Shown here one piece after another: positions 26,905 through 41,677 of a stretch of DNA of 64,000 bases. Source of the stretch: Callorhinchus milii (taxonomy: Eukaryota). The stretch is from NCBI RefSeq assembly GCF_018977255.1, contig NW_024704742.1, forward strand, positions 90,336,001 through 90,400,000, written 5' to 3'. A model generated the notes under the pieces. The model saw only the letters and a list, made by a program, of their open reading frames with translations. It had not been told where the DNA came from and ran no database searches. The position numbers and the translations under genes were made by a program. Each line of letters opens with the position of its first letter. The stretch's first letter is position 1.

Positions 26905-27669
26905 CTGCCAATAAATAAATACATACATAAGTGTGACAATGGCAATCTTGAAGCAATGATCATATACATAAATATAAGTCACAAACTCTACAATGAGGGG
27001 CACAGAGTCGAGTACAGAAGATGAAAAGTGAACAGACAGTTCAAATTGAATTATTGTACACAGAGAAAGCAGTGAATATCTGGAATGGACTACCCAGGGA
27101 GGTGATCAAAGCAGACTGTGTGAGTGAATTTAGGAAGAAATTAGATAGCTATTTGGCAAAGGGGAACGAGAAGTAGAGTAATGTAAGATAGTTTTTTTTT
27201 CTTTGGAACTATACAAATGCCTGCAAATATAATAATAATAATCCTTGCATTTGATATAGCACTTTTCACATCTTAAAGTGAATTGACTGTATACTTGTGG
27301 GCAAAACCCGGCAGCCAATTGTGCACAGCAGTGTCCCACAAACAGTTGTGAATTGAGTGACCAAATTATTATTGTTTTTTTTCCTTGAGGGATTATTTTG
27401 AACCCCTGAAATACAGGGTTACTACGGTTTACAGTAAATCCTTGGACACGTTTGAGATGTTTTGATGTAATAAGGCACTATGTCAAATGCAAGGATTCTT
27501 ATTATTATACAATACGCTTTTCTGTTATTCTAAATTTCTATGTTCAGAAGCTTGTATAGTTGTATCTTCAATAATTACCACAGCTACAAAGGACTATCCT
27601 GATAGAGCAGAACAGAGTTATATAATTCCTTCAGGAGGCAGTACACTGTATATATGTGTTATGTGGAAT

Positions 27670-28050
27670 GATTAGACAAGCTAGAGATCCTCAGTCTTGA
27701 GAGAAGACAACTCAGATGGGACCTCATAGAGGTGTATACAATTTTAAATGGGATTGAAAAAGTAAACCTATATCAATACTTGAAAAGGTATTGTGACACT
27801 AGAACAAGAGGACGTAGGTTTAGAGCTGTAAAGGGAAATTTCAGGACAGATACCAGGGAGTTTTTCTCTACTCAGAGGGTAATCAATGATGGGAACAGCT
27901 TAACAGGAAAAGTGGTTGAGGCTGGGTCACTGGATTCATTTAAAAATCAGCTTGATGCAGTGATAGGGGGAATGGTAGGGTAGGTTATTTGGAAGAATGA
28001 GATTAGATAGGCCTAAGGGCCTTCTTCATCCAAACCAATCTTGTGATCTG
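27670..28050 (+). mobile_element. Old CR1 3' fragment
   Basis: ORF 27732..27983 has RTRG and REFFSTQRVIN..SFKNQLD, typical of the CR1 ORF2 C-terminus. Confidence 0.8.
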
Positions 28051-29498
28051 TGGTGTGCCCATGTAAATATGTGTATGTATTTTTGTGTGTGTTTGTGAGA
28101 AAGGGACAGACAGACCTTTACTTTATTGTCGAATTTGAATTATTATTTAAAATTTAATTTCAAACTATATTCTTACTAATAAAAAACAGATTAAATTATA
28201 TTGTATCAATATTGATCAATATTTATTTAATGCACACACCAATTATTAATGCACACAATTATTATTTAAAACTAATTATTATTTCAAACGGCATGTCTGT
28301 ATGCCTGCTTGCGTGTGAGAGAAGGAAAGGCAGAGCAAAATGAATAGTAATTTGGTTTAATAACCTCTAACATATGCAGACATTTCTGTGAAAGCAGATA
28401 TTTACTGTATAATAGTTGTGCATTTCTATATCCTATTTAATCAAAGTTTAGTTATTTTAATATTAAATGATTGACCAGTTGTCAGCACAGAGCCTTCTTA
28501 CAGTGATCCAGAGGCTGGACAAAATGGTTGAGAGGTAATGGATATCCAAGAGCAGCTGTTACTAGTTAGCATGTTAATGTTCACTTCACTCCAGTCAGTC
28601 ACTTTTAACAGAGGCACGCTCCTGGGTTGGCAAAGTATTTGCAATTAGATGCAGTAGACTGACAGAAATCTTTGACCAGCCCATTGAAACCCCAGTTCAA
28701 CATCTCCATGTCTTTCTGTGCAACCACAAGGGTCTGAGACTCCATTCTTGTTGCGGTGGTTAAGGACTGCACCTTGTTGTTGTATCACATAATGCATCTC
28801 ACGCCTCAGCGCTCTTCACAGTTCTGATCGCGATCGATTTTCTACATCTAAACAAAAATGCTTCAGTCTTCATCTGCTCAGTAGTGTTCTGATTTAAGAA
28901 GGTATGTTCTTTTCCATTCATCTACAATTCAGCTCATCACTCACACAAGCTTTTGGTGCTTGGTTGCTGTGGAGATCAGAGCAATGCTGCGGTGGGAAAA
29001 ACAGGATGAAACAGCAGATGGAATGAATCAACACTAGAGGCTGGGGATGAAAATTGTAAGACTCTAGAATGAGGACACAAAATAACATCTCAGCACATTC
29101 ATTCTCCAGTGAGTGAAAGAAAAATGCAGAACTGTCTGCTCATGAAAAGTACTAAATAGGAACACACTGGTTTGTATGGTGTATAATAAAGTACTGTACC
29201 TTCAATAGTAACTATATTTCAAGGAACTATCATCATTAACTATCCCAGGAATGGTAACTACCTCCAGTTATCTTTGGAACTTTTTACTGGAACCTTTGGG
29301 TTTGACAAACACCAACTACATGATAGAGATCATACGGTAATAAGAGATAACGTAGAAGACACTATATAAATGGGAATTGTATTGTAATATCATGCGCGTG
29401 TGTGTGTGGGGGAGGGGGAGAGGAGCACTTTGATCAAATGAAATTGAGCTGGGCTGTTAGAGATACTCTGGTTATGGCAATCCTGATTTCTTTCATAT

Positions 29499-29845
29499 TA
29501 ATAATAATCCTTCAATTTGATAATGCGCCTTATCACGTTTTTGAGATGTCTGAAAGTGCTTCACAGGATATACTGTAAAGTGAATTGACTGTATATTTTG
29601 TGGATGTAACGCGACAGTCAATTGCCAATTGTCCCACAAAGAGTCATGGATTGAGTGACCAACTTATTTTCTTTTAAAGAATTATTACACCTAGAAAAGC
29701 GATCTGCCAATCGACTAACAACCGGGTTTTTACTTGCTGCTAGATAAAAAGAGGCATGTGGAGTAAAGAAACTGTGTCCAACCTTTCGCCCTGCTGGAAA
29801 TTGAACCCTTGTGAGGCGAGTGGTCTAACAACTGAGTTCCATGAC
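29499..29845 (-). mobile_element. tRNA-derived SINE, long variant, diverged
   Basis: Body matches 36823-37188 (aaaagcgatctgccaatcgactaacaac). Confidence 0.82.
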
Positions 29846-31453
29846 TATACTGTGCAGTTAGGAACATAGGAACAGGGGGAAAGCCATTCGACCATTGAGC
29901 CTTCTCTGTCATTTTATTGATCCATGGCTGGCAATGTATCTTATAACAGTTGAAAAAAAAGATATTTTACAAACTCTTCTTGGTGGCTCTGCTAGGTTCT
30001 GCTCATCCACCCCGAGCCGCTGGGCTACAGAGCAAAAGGTGATTGTTTCTGCCTGACTCTACTCAGGTAGACTGTATGCCACAATCAGGATGTTACACAA
30101 ACAATAACATTACGGCAACATAACATTTTTATAAAACAGAAAATGAAAGATTGAAATGGACTCGAATTGAGATCACAACCAACGATTGACGTGATCATTG
30201 ACAATGTGGCCTCTTGAGTATTATTAATTTGTTTTGCTTTTTAGAGAGTGTGCTGGAAAGAATGTGCAAGGCTTTATTGTCAAATAACACAACCAGTTTA
30301 CATGAGGAGGATGGTAAAGCTGCCCTATAGCCACTAGCATAAACTCTTAGTGAAGCACAGGCTCTCTTTGTTAAATAGCTATCCTGGTCCCAAATGCAAA
30401 CTGCCTGCAGTGAAAGCATCTACAAACAGGGCCAATCATTTGTATTTCACATTTCCAGGAGGGCTGGAATCAGCTCGGTTGCAATCCAAGCACGAGCTGT
30501 GCAAGTCCCATTTCAGGCTCCGCTCCCTTTACATTATGCATTCCTTTCACATGGGTACATAATGTCTCACAGCTTTTCTGATCTAGCATGAATGCAGGTC
30601 CACAGTGTTTAAATCACTTTCATGGAACTACTTTTACAGAAAACCCAAACTCAAAGTGCTAGCACAAGCTCATATTTAATTCAGGCTTTTAAATCCACAG
30701 ACTTCAAGAATACGAAATTTCTGCTTTAGTCGTCACGCAAAGAGTAGGGGTAAGGCAGTCCTCATCTCATTCCTGGACCATTGGTATATTCAGCACTCGC
30801 AGTCTAAACTTGTTAGTGCTGGCTGGGGACAAGGAAATGGCCCTGCACTATATCACCATATGAAAGCGTTGATTTGCATAACCCTAAGATTGTATTTGAT
30901 GGCCAGATATTTATTTATCCTTACGATCACTTCCCTATATTTTGGTTTTGTGAACCTCAAAATGGTTTCAAAAGGCCTTTCCACAGATTCAATATAGTGA
31001 GAGTGAGGGCTTGATGGTGACTCACACCGGCATCATTACAGTCAAATCTAGCCCTGTTCTCACTCACTGCTCACACACCTGCGGTTTCTAGATATCAATG
31101 GAAGTAGATCAGAAGTAGGGATTCTGGGTTTCCTTTTCCTAGTGCGGAAACCAGTTTCATTGTGTCAGTCAGCACAAACCAGAGATTAAACCAGAGACCT
31201 CTCCTGGTCTGTATGCCTCAGTGTTACGCCAAACAAAGCACTTGTTACTGACTGACCAAACAAGTGACAAATCGTGCAGTGTCAGACACTTCCACTTCTC
31301 TTCCCACTTTGAGACATTGTGCGAGTCAGGTGCCATTCTGCGATTAAATCATGCTAGATATTAATAGCAACTTTTAGTCTTTTTTTTACATTTCAGAAGC
31401 ATCCGCTACAGAAAATATCCAAGAGCACATTACCAAGGGTGTTAGATCAATAC

Positions 31454-31587
31454 CTGGATTTCCTTCAGATCCTTGTCGTGAAGGTTTTGTAGAGGATCAA
31501 TAAAATTCTGTTTCACTTCCATATCTAGAGCATCTTTCACTTCTGCGAGCTGCTTCATAGAATCGCCAGCATCTATTAATGCCTGAC
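31454..31587 (-). CDS. SH3GL2: Endophilin-A1-like coding exon 5 ([45 protein letters not shown])
   Basis: 134 nt, translated by hand because it is absent from the ORF track. ttccag| acceptor and |gtatt donor; the frame joins exons 4 and 6. Confidence 0.93.
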
Positions 31588-32551
31588 CTGGAAGATATTT
31601 ACTTTGTTTTTTAAATTGAACAAGATTTTATTTTATACAACAAAGCAATTCTTTCACAGTCTTTTTTAAAAAAAAAACTCGCCAAAACAAGATTTATTTT
31701 CAATATATTAATGAATATCTCTTCTGTTGTGATTTCCAGGATTCAATTCACTCTTAATTTCATAAGGAAAAAAAAAGCAAAGTTTAATTCCAGACATTCA
31801 AATATTTTGGTGACATTTAAAAAATAAAATGACTTTGCTGTTAACGGAATAACAAGAATCACATCTGTGGCATGAATATTCACTGAATACTGCTGGATTT
31901 GTAAACATTGGTGAAGTAGATGTGCACACACAGGCTGGGGTTGAGACCTTGTTGTTGGGTTTATTCCTTGCAAGTTGCACTTCATTTTATTTCATTCATG
32001 CATAGCCTAATTTCTACTGCTACGAACTAGCGCACACATCATCTCTTTAACTCCCATTAAAGATTTTACAAGGTGTCCACAAAGTCCTGTTACCCCCATT
32101 ACAAAACAGTGATATAAGACTAAGATGAAGCTGAAGTAAGCTGTTAGAGATACATTTCACCTTATCATTCCATCCACGTTACAGAAGATGCTATACCAAA
32201 CAATGCGACTGATCATTAATCTGGCATTAAAATGATGGCACTCACATCAATCCTCTATCTAAATACAGTTAAACACTTGTATTGAATACAATTAAGTACT
32301 TCTTAATATAATTATCATCATTCTTCCATATGTTTCAGTTGTTGGTCAGTGTACTGTAGAAATAAAATATGGGAGTACCAGGACTTTGTGGAAACCCGAT
32401 ACACTTCAGTTGGAGACTTAGTTCTCTAAAATCAGGACAGGAAGGAAGGAAGGAGGGAGGGAGGGAAGAAGGAAGGAAGGAAGCAAATAAGAAAGTGTGA
32501 ATGCAAAGCATGCAAGTAAAAGAAAGAAATCGGCAAACAATACTCTGAATG

Positions 32552-32970
32552 GCCTACAAGGCCATCCACGGCCTTGTTCCCTCCTACCTCTCTGACCTAC
32601 TATTCCCCTACCTACCTACCCGTACCCTCCGTTCCTCTGGCTCCGGTCTGCTCCACATCCCCCGCCCCAACCGCCCTACCATCGGTGGCCGGGCCTTCAG
32701 TCTCTCAGCCCCGAGGCTCTGGAACTCCATCCCCGAGTGCCTTCGCCGCCTTCTCCCTTTCCTCCTTCAAGGCCAGTCTCAAGATCTTTCTCTTTGACCG
32801 TGCCTTCAGCTCCCCTCTTGACTCTCTATACCATCCTCGCTCCCTCCCTTCCCTCCCCTCACCCTGACCATTTCCCCCCTGTTTGGGTCCTGACCCAACT
32901 GTCCAGCGCTTTGGGACGTCCTCCCGACGTGAAAGGCGCTCTATAAATGGAATCTTGTTGTTGTTGTTGT
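32552..32970 (+). mobile_element. L2 family A 3' fragment
   Basis: Near-identical to 58122-58537, (GTT)n tail. Confidence 0.92.
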
Positions 32971-33775
32971 AATGAATCATGTCAATAACCATACAGAGTT
33001 GAGCTTTAAGGAAATGTTTCATGTTTGCAGGTCCTCATGGTGAATACTTTACATTACTGCACAAGAATAGGCCATTCGGTCCGTGCCAGCGTTTTATACT
33101 CCGCTCCATGGGGAGTGTTTGTGTTGATTGCAATGGGATCTTGTAACTGTTTCCCCCAGTTTGGTCTCCTCAGGACATGTGTCTCCTGCAGCCCCCAGGC
33201 CTCTGATAGTGCTTGAGTTCCTGAAAGGAGTCGAGTGAGAGAAGCTCTGGCAATTCTCCCTGACTGTTGTCTGAGTGTGTGTTTCTGAGAACTGCTATTC
33301 TTTGCATTCCTTTCTTAGCTCTGCAAAAGTAACCCCCGCCGATCTCTGCCTGCATTAGCAGTTGACAAGGCCATATCCATGTATTCCCTTGCATCCTCGC
33401 TGCTTTGTTTATAATTCATAAAACAGAGCAAGAGGCAGGTGAGACGACACAGCACGACTGGCAATGGTAAGAAAGGAACGAGATTGATTCCTGTATAATT
33501 GACGTTTTTTTCTGAAAAAAAAGGTACTACTGAAGAAGTCAGGCTTAGCTTCGGGAAACTAGCTTATTTCAACTCTTATTTTTAAGGTTGGTATTTGCAA
33601 TCTGTGTAGAATATCTTGTGCATTTAAAAAAAGATATATGCCTGCCTGCCAACAACTGTATTTTGAATGGTAGACACCTCAAAGATGTTTTATTTGCACA
33701 GAAGGGACCCAGATCTGCAATGAAAAAGGAAAATCAAAAGAAAAAAAAATTGAATGTTGAAATTCTGAAATAAAC

Positions 33776-33951
33776 TAAATAACAAAATGCAGGAAATCCA
33801 CAGCAGGTTGATCTGTATCTGAAAGCGAAATGGGTGATGTTTTGAATAGGAATCATCAGTTATGAGTTACAATGAGGAGTCAAACATCCAAGGTTAGCTT
33901 TCAGTCGCTTTCAGTCTGACCTGCTGTAGATTTCTAGTATTTCTGTTTTTA
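33776..33951. repeat. Short fold-back element with about 40-bp imperfect inverted arms
   Basis: aaatgcaggaaatccacagcaggttgatctg pairs with cagtctgacctgctgtagatttctagtattt. Confidence 0.7.
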
Positions 33952-35075
33952 CTCTTTAATTCCACAATGTATGCATGCAACTCCCAGTCTTCAATTTTAC
34001 TCTTTGATTAGACTTGTTCCCGTCAATCAGAGAGCCATGATCTCAAGCTATCAAGGACATCTCAATAACCTCCAACAATGCTGCACTGTGACTAGCTAGT
34101 AATAGCTGGTGAAATGCAAGGTCAATTTTCACTCCTGCCCATCAACTGGGCCCCAGGAACACTATTTTACCGTCTGAGTAGCAAGAGAAGCACAATTACT
34201 GCTTGCAATGCATGTGAAGCTGAGCATTGCTGACTTGTCACACTATATACGCCGCATTTAGAATTTATATGATATAAATTGAATGTCTTTTGGAGCATAT
34301 TGGTGAGAGACATCAAGGGGAGAAATTGCACTTTGCTCTGGACTTGTGCTATCTTCTTAGCATTTCAGAGTCAGTTCTTGAAGGAAATCTTAATTTTGAA
34401 GCCAATTTTCAGATCAGAATGACTGAAAAAGAGTGTCATTCAACAGTAGTTTAGTTTTAAATGCCCATTTCTCTCCATACCATTCTTTAGCTACTGCTTC
34501 CTAAGGACTCTAATTTTGTCCAACACAGCTATTGAAAAGGATTTATTATATTACAAAAAATAACAACCAATAAATTTTCTGTCCCTTACATAACATAACA
34601 TGTAGGAGCAGGAGTAGGCCATTCAGCCCTTCGAGCCTGACCGCCATTCAATCATGGCTGATCTTAATCTAACTCCAGCTAATACCATATAACATAACAT
34701 AACACCTATTGAAAGAAAATCCAAATCTCTTTGCTCACTTTCGGTCATGTTTCCCTTCCTCACCCTTCTTGGCTCCCACCCTAACTCAAGACCAAGCACC
34801 TTGTGAAATCCTCCTGAAGTGATAGGAACTATGTAAACGTAAACTTGTAATGTATTATAAACTTTACCGAATGCATAAAAATGTGCAACTCACCCACTTT
34901 TACTGTATAAGTGACAGATCTGCCATTATCCACCATTTACAATTCAGTGTATTTATCGTACCACAGTAAATGATAAATGCAAGGGATGAATAAGAAAACT
35001 GGGTTGTCGAGAACAGGCTTCTGTGATAAAAGCACCAAACATGCACACAAGCGATTAGCGCAGTCAGTGACTCAC

Positions 35076-35219
35076 CAAAGTTTGATTCTTCTCCAAGTTC
35101 TCTTCCAAATTTCACCATGCTCTCTCCCAGCAGCCCCTCAGCCTGAGGATAGCCTGGCCCTTTCTCCTGTCCTCGAATCTTGGACATTGTGTTGATCATG
35201 GTCAGTTTTGCTCTAGAGG
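35076..35219 (-). CDS. SH3GL2: Endophilin-A1-like coding exon 4 ([48 protein letters not shown])
   Basis: 144 nt, ttcag| acceptor and |gtgagt donor, phase 1-1. Lies inside ORF 34900..35271. Confidence 0.94.
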
Positions 35220-36822
35220 CTGAATACAAAATGAACCTCAGTACAAACAAGACAAATAATAATACTTTCATTTGATTTCATGATTTGTCAAGTCGGCAAA
35301 AGTATTTTTCACGTTGTAAGGGTTTTATTTGCTCAGCAGGGTGTTTCAGCTATGTAGAAACTTATTGCCATGCTTAAGAATATAGAAACTACTGAGAGTT
35401 CCAGATATGCATGGAAATTTCCCTCTGCCTGAAACAGAGTGCTCACTCTCTCCCCAAATGGACACATCCTGTTTACCTAACCCTGAAAAGTATTAAACAC
35501 AAGTTGCAAGAGCCAAGGCTTGCAGGATGTGGGGGGTGGGGTGGGTGTCCTAGAGTGTGGTTGAGGATTATTGTTGGTGTTTAACCAGCTAACGCTGCAA
35601 GAATTGTCTGACAAGCTTCCCACTGCTTGTCCAGGTAGGACCACCCTAGATGTTTAAGAGGAAATAGTCAGCAGGGACTTAGAAGTCACACCCAACAAAT
35701 CTTCTGGACTTTGTGGATTCAAAGATGAAGCAGAGTGTGAGTGACATTCCCCATGATATGCTGTGGTTTGTCAAAAGCTTGCTGGAAGTTCAGATATGGT
35801 ATAAGATTCCACACAAAATAATTGTGTTCAAATTAAAAGCCACAGAAATCAGAGAATTTTTTAAAACCTTTTAAAATGGGATTGGATTTTTTTAAATGGT
35901 CAAAATAGAAAATAAACTGATAATTATCCTTGCATTTACTGTAGCATCTTATCACATCATTGAGATGTCCTAAAATGCTTCACAGAATATACTGTAAAGT
36001 TAATTGACTATATATTTTGCATCAGAGAGAAGTTCCTACATGTTAATGTCATGCACATCCATTTACTCACAAAAAGGGTGCTTATTTGAAGTGTAATTTT
36101 ATTGGGTATGAGTAGGACAAGGAATATTGCTTGGAGTTAGTGGTTGGGCTCGGCTCTTTTCTAAAACAGAGATGAATCCTAAGATAAACTAAGAAGATCA
36201 AATTAGTTGGTGACTCAAAATAGAGGGAGCAGAAGAAACAAGGATTAGCAAAGGGATTTGAAGCTGGTTTGAAATTAGGCATCTATGCGGTAAATTACAT
36301 TCTAAAGCTAATGATGTGTATAGATTTCCACACAGGATGAAAACAAAATGTGGGACACAAGAATAAATTAATGGAATTCAAATTATAACCAGGGGAAATA
36401 ACAGCGCAAATTCACAGGTCACTTTCATCATCCATACAATGTGGTGAAGCAATTTAAAAAGTTAATAAAATACAAGGATATGTAGCCGGGAAATGCAATG
36501 AGCTATGAACAGAGATTTGATAAATTTAAGACTGACACTGTTGAAAGAAGGCTGTTAAAAGACATCCTCTATTAAATTTACTAAATATTAAAATGACAAA
36601 GATAAGCTGAACCTAGACTATTAATTGCAAATAAGTTAAAGGAAGTGGAACCAGAGAAGATAAATGGAAATTTAGTGGCAAATAACCTCTCATCTCCAAA
36701 GTGCAATAAATACTTGGAATAATTTACCAAGCAAAGTAATAGAAGCAAAACCATTTGGGTAACTGAAACGACAATTAGAAGAAGTAGCCAGAAAATTGCA
36801 TCAGAGAGAGGTTTCTACATGT

Positions 36823-37188
36823 AAATAATAATCCTTGCATTTGATATAGCATCTTATCACATCTTCGAGATGTCTCAAAGCGCTTCACATAATATGCTGT
36901 GAAGTTTATTTTATGGGCGAAACATGGCAGGCCATTGCACATAGCAGTTTCCCACAAACAGCCATGGATTGAAGCGACCAATTTATTATTATCATTTCTT
37001 TTAAAGACATTATTACCCCCGGAAAAGCGATCTGCCAATCGACTAACAACTGGGTTCCACCTTACTGCTAGCTAAACAGAGGTGTGTGGAGTAAGGAAAC
37101 TTGCCCAAGGTTTCGCCCTCTGCCTGGAATTGAACTCAGGTCTCTCACTTGCAAAGCGAGTGCTCTAACCACTGAGCTACAGGACTCC
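36823..37188 (-). mobile_element. tRNA-derived SINE, long variant
   Basis: Same head and tail as 43764-44098 plus an extra internal segment. Confidence 0.88.
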
Positions 37189-37194
37189 ACGAAT

Positions 37195-37853
37195 ATAGCG
37201 CTTCCCCCAGTCCTGGTCCCAACTTCCGCCACCTCCATCACGTTGCCCGCCTCCGACCGTACCTTATCCCAGATGCAGCTGAAACACTCGTCCATGCATT
37301 CGTTACCTCCCGACTCGACTTTTCAAATGCCCTCTTTGCCGGTCTCCCCAGCTCTACCATGCACAGGATCCAACTGATCCAAAACTCTGCCGCCCATATA
37401 TTCACATGAACTAAGCTTCTACCCCCATCACACCAGTTCTAGCCAAGCTCCACTGACTCCCTGTCACCAAACGGATCAATTTCAAGATCCTCACACTTGT
37501 TTCATATCCCTTCATGCTCTGGCACCTCCCTACTTCTCTAACATGCTTACCCTCTCCAACCCACTACCCACCTCCTCCGCTCGACTGGCTCCGGCCTTCT
37601 GCATGTCTCTCGCGCCCTCCGGTCCACCATCAGTAGCTGTGCCACTACACCCCAAATTACTGGAACACTGTTTCTCTATCCCTCTGCCTTGCCCCTCCTT
37701 CCTCATCTTCAGGTCACAATTGAAGATCTTCCTATTTGACTGTGCCTACGGTCCCCTCCCCCATCTATAGCTCGGCATTGTGCTCTGTAACTGTCAAGTG
37801 CTCTGGGACTCGAATCTGCGTGAGGGGCGTTATATAAATACAAGTTGTTGTTG
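37195..37853 (+). mobile_element. Degraded L2 3' fragment (family B-like tail)
   Basis: L2 RT C-terminal DNA motifs (gctgaaacactcgtccatgcattcg, ttcaagatcctc) and a gttgttgttg tail. Confidence 0.82.
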
Positions 37854-40024
37854 TACTGCAGTGGTATGCCAACATGGACTGCTGAGCTCAAGTCCAAAAG
37901 TGGGCTTGAACTCGCAATTGCTTTGACTGTGAGATAAGGTTGCTACCAACTGATAACATGATAATCTATTTTTGCCTTGGTCTTTACATCAATTGTCGAT
38001 TTTAATTTTAATTGTAATTGTCTTTACATTCACTTACTCACTTACTCACTTACTCACAGCATTCAACATCTATAAACCTTTGCGAACCCTGCTGGGGTTA
38101 CCACATATTTGGCTCCATTATCATGTAGAAATTCCACTTGAGTCTAGATTTATTCTATTTACAAAGCAAATGAAAGTACCCAAATTTTCTTAAATTATTA
38201 AATACAGCCTTAACATCGAAGCCATTTTTTCTATCAGTTCCTTTAAGAACTGCAGAAAACCAACTTCAAAGTTAAGACTGAATTCAACAATTTGGCAATT
38301 TCTAGGTGCTCTGAATTGCTGCATAAATAGAACACATCTTTCAACCCAATTCCAAGATGTACTTTCTCCACAAGACAGCGCAATCAGTTCTGATGTACTG
38401 GGCTTGACTTGGAACAGAATGAATCATACTAGCTCTCATCATGTGCCAGCATTCAAGTTTGCAAATGACTGAGATTTAGAGTGAATGGAATGAAGTGTAA
38501 AAGGATATAATGCTTGCAGACTGTGTCACTGTCATTTTAAGACTTACTAATTTACTCTAAAAATACTCTAATGTATGCAAGGTAGTCAACATTAAGAATG
38601 TTTACACCCCATGCTAATAACTCATGCAGAAAATTCAGTCAGTTCATGTGTGCGTAATGTTTTAAATTAAGATGCCAGAGGAAGGAATATATACAGTCCT
38701 CAATCAAAGGACCAGGAGATATTAAATTATGTGGGTAAGCTTTTGTATAATACTATCACCACAGTGAAAACACTCTAACATCATGGTGTAATTATGCGCC
38801 ACTGGGTGAATGAATAAAACTCTGAATTCATCATTTTTGGGCCTCAAATTCCATCTGGTTTTAGGTTGTATAACCATTTTGTCTTAAAATCTAGTATGGC
38901 GCACAATCAGGAAAAAATCTTAAATTCACTCCAGATTTGGAAGTTGTTTTTCCACAGTTACTAAAACGGACCAACCAGCTTCCGAATTAAGATTGAATTT
39001 AAGAATTTTCCACAATTTTTTTGCACAATCTTCAATTATAAGACAAAATAAAAGAACATACTGGATGATTTGTTTGTTTTGTAAATGTTTTGTAAACATT
39101 ACATGCAGTGAGCCCCTAAGCTTTTAGATATCCAAAACAAAAAAACAATAATAAATTGATCATTTTCAATCCACAACTGTCTGTGCGCAATTGGCTGCCG
39201 CGTTTCATCCACAAATATACAGTCAATTCGCTTTATAGCATATACTGTGAAGCGCTTTGAGACGTCTAGAAAACATGAAAAGCGCTATATCAAATGCAAG
39301 GATTCTTCTTCTTATTATTATTATATACCATAGCCTTCAAGTGTTCCGAAATGCTGCCCGGCGAGAAGGGCACTATATAAATGCAAGTTGCTGTTGTTGT
39401 AGCCTGGCTACATTTCGCAAGTAAGTTGTGTTGAAATTACTTTGAAACACAGCAATAATTTTATATATGTTACACTGTAGATCTGGACTCTGAAAGTGAT
39501 TGATTGAACAGTTGTTCTATCTTGATCACAAGAGAAAGTCAAGTGAACAAGGCACTTTCTTATTTAATCTCAAACATTCACAATACCAACCCTTCAGAAT
39601 TCACATTCATTTTAGTTTAGATACACTGGTGTCTTATGTCCTAGTTTTGCATTGAGTGGTGCATCAAATGAATGTTTGTCGCCACTGCACTGAACCAGTC
39701 ATAAGCTAGTCAGCAAGTCGACTTGAGTGCATCAAAATATGTATTTAAGCTTATCCAGAGACCAGAACAATGGTATAAATATTTCCCAGTAAGGCAAATG
39801 TAAAAATTATTCCATGAGTGGATTGGAACAAATGACTGACAAGGGCTGCAGGAACAAGTAAATTATATAAATCCTGCTCACGAGTGTGGCCAATTTTCTA
39901 ATTCAACAGTTTACCACTGAGCATTGTGTCCTTGAAGTGTAATATAAAATACATTACGAAAATGGAAAGCCTGGATGATTTTAATGTAGCTTTTGACACA
40001 GCAGAACATTTGTACTGTGCTGGA

Positions 40025-40331
40025 CTCCGTACTCTCATCATACCAGTCCTAGCCAGGCGCCACTGGCTCCCAGTTGCCGAACAGATCGATTTCAAGATCC
40101 TCACACTCATTTTCAAATCCCTTCATGCCCTGGCACCTCCCTACCTCTCAGACTTGCTTACCCCCAACCAACTACCCGCTGCCTTCACTCGACTGGCTCC
40201 GGCCTCCTACAAGTCCCTTGTGTCCTCCGATTCACCATGGGTGGTTACGCTTTCAGCCACTATTCCCCCGAAACTCCAGAATCCTTGCCCCTTCCTTCCC
40301 CATCTTCAGGTCGCACAAGTTGTTGTTGTTA
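40025..40331 (+). mobile_element. L2 3' fragment
   Basis: ORF 39926..40336 contains RHWLPVAEQIDFKILTLIFKSLHALAPPYLSDLL. Confidence 0.82.
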
Positions 40332-40900
40332 TCTAATGTCATATTGGTATGAATGAAATCTATAAGAAAATCGGTGCAGGCCCAAAAAACACAAATTTCA
40401 AAAGCACAAATTTCAGGGGCAGGTTTATATTTCCAGTGCTGACGTTTCACCTCTCTATATTTTGCAGGAAGATAATCTTATCTGTGTTGCCAGATGATCT
40501 TACTGCCCCCCAATAGCAACAAGAAAACCCTCCCTGCTTTCGTTTTTTTGACAGATCGTCATTTTTAAAACAGAATTATGAGTCAGAGTCAGGACATTAG
40601 ATTAGCTCTTTGACAAATTGTGAAAAAAGCACTATTTTTGGAACATTGTTCTCAATTCTCTACCAGAATATGTTATCCAAATTAGAAACCATTGAGCATC
40701 AGCAGTGCCTACATTTGATGGCCAACACTTCATCATGACGTAGCTAACACTGTTCTCATTCTGCGAGAGCGTTAGAAAGAAATCCCTAAAAAAGCAATGC
40801 ATATTGCGTGATTTCATTTTAAAAGCTCATGGGAAACAATTTCTGACAGGCAGTGAAACACACCAATAAATCCATGCCAGACACTGCGCTGTGATTGTAC

Positions 40901-40973
40901 CTGGGTTGGGTTGCAGATACTCTGTTGTTTTGGTCATGATTTCCATCACTGCTCGGCTGGTCACGTCCACTTT
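40901..40973 (-). CDS. SH3GL2: Endophilin-A1-like coding exon 3 ([24 protein letters not shown])
   Basis: 73 nt, tttcag| acceptor and |gtacaa donor. [13 protein letters not shown] is the A1-type sequence, which favours SH3GL2 over SH3GL1/3. Confidence 0.93.
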
Positions 40974-41019
40974 CTGAAAAGAAATAAGAAAAAAAAATAT
41001 CATTTGTATTTGGCAGATC

Positions 41020-41677
41020 CATCCTGCCTTCTGCCAGCTCCACACTCCTTGCCCTCCACCGCCATGCCTCTCCCTTCAGGCCGCTGAGACCCTCATTCAT
41101 GTTTTCATCACATCCCGGCTTGACTACGCTAACTCCCTGCTCACTGACTTCTCATCTCTTCCCTCCACAAACTGCAGATTATACAGAACTCTGCAGCTCA
41201 TGTCCTTTCTGGCACCAAGCTCTGAGAGCTAATCACTCACATGCTCGCCCGTTTCACTGGATCCCCATCCCCTGGAGGACTGAGTTTCAGATCCTTGTCT
41301 TCATTTTTAAGTCCTCCATGGTCTTGCCCCTCCTTATCTCTGTGCTAAACCTTACCAAACTGCCCATTCCCTCCTCTTGGTGAGCTTGCTCTCCGTCCCC
41401 TGCTCTTCCTGCCCCACCATCAGTGGTCGAGCATTCAACCTTTCAGCCCCCACCCTCTTGAATTCCATCCCAGAGTCCCTTTGCCTCGCTCATCCCTTGC
41501 CTCCTTCAAGGCCCATCTCAAAACCTTTGAACATGCTTTCGATCATCTACCCCCACTCCCATCCCTCCAACCGTCTTGATTCCAACCCCCAGCTTAGTGC
41601 AAACCCTTGACTGTCCAGTGCTTTGGGACATCCTACTGATGTGAAAGGTACTGTATAAATGTAATTTGTTATTGTTG
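41020..41677 (+). mobile_element. Degraded L2 3' fragment just upstream of the exon 3 acceptor
   Basis: Similar to the other L2 3' regions, including gggacatcctactgatgtgaaagg and the tail. Confidence 0.8.
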
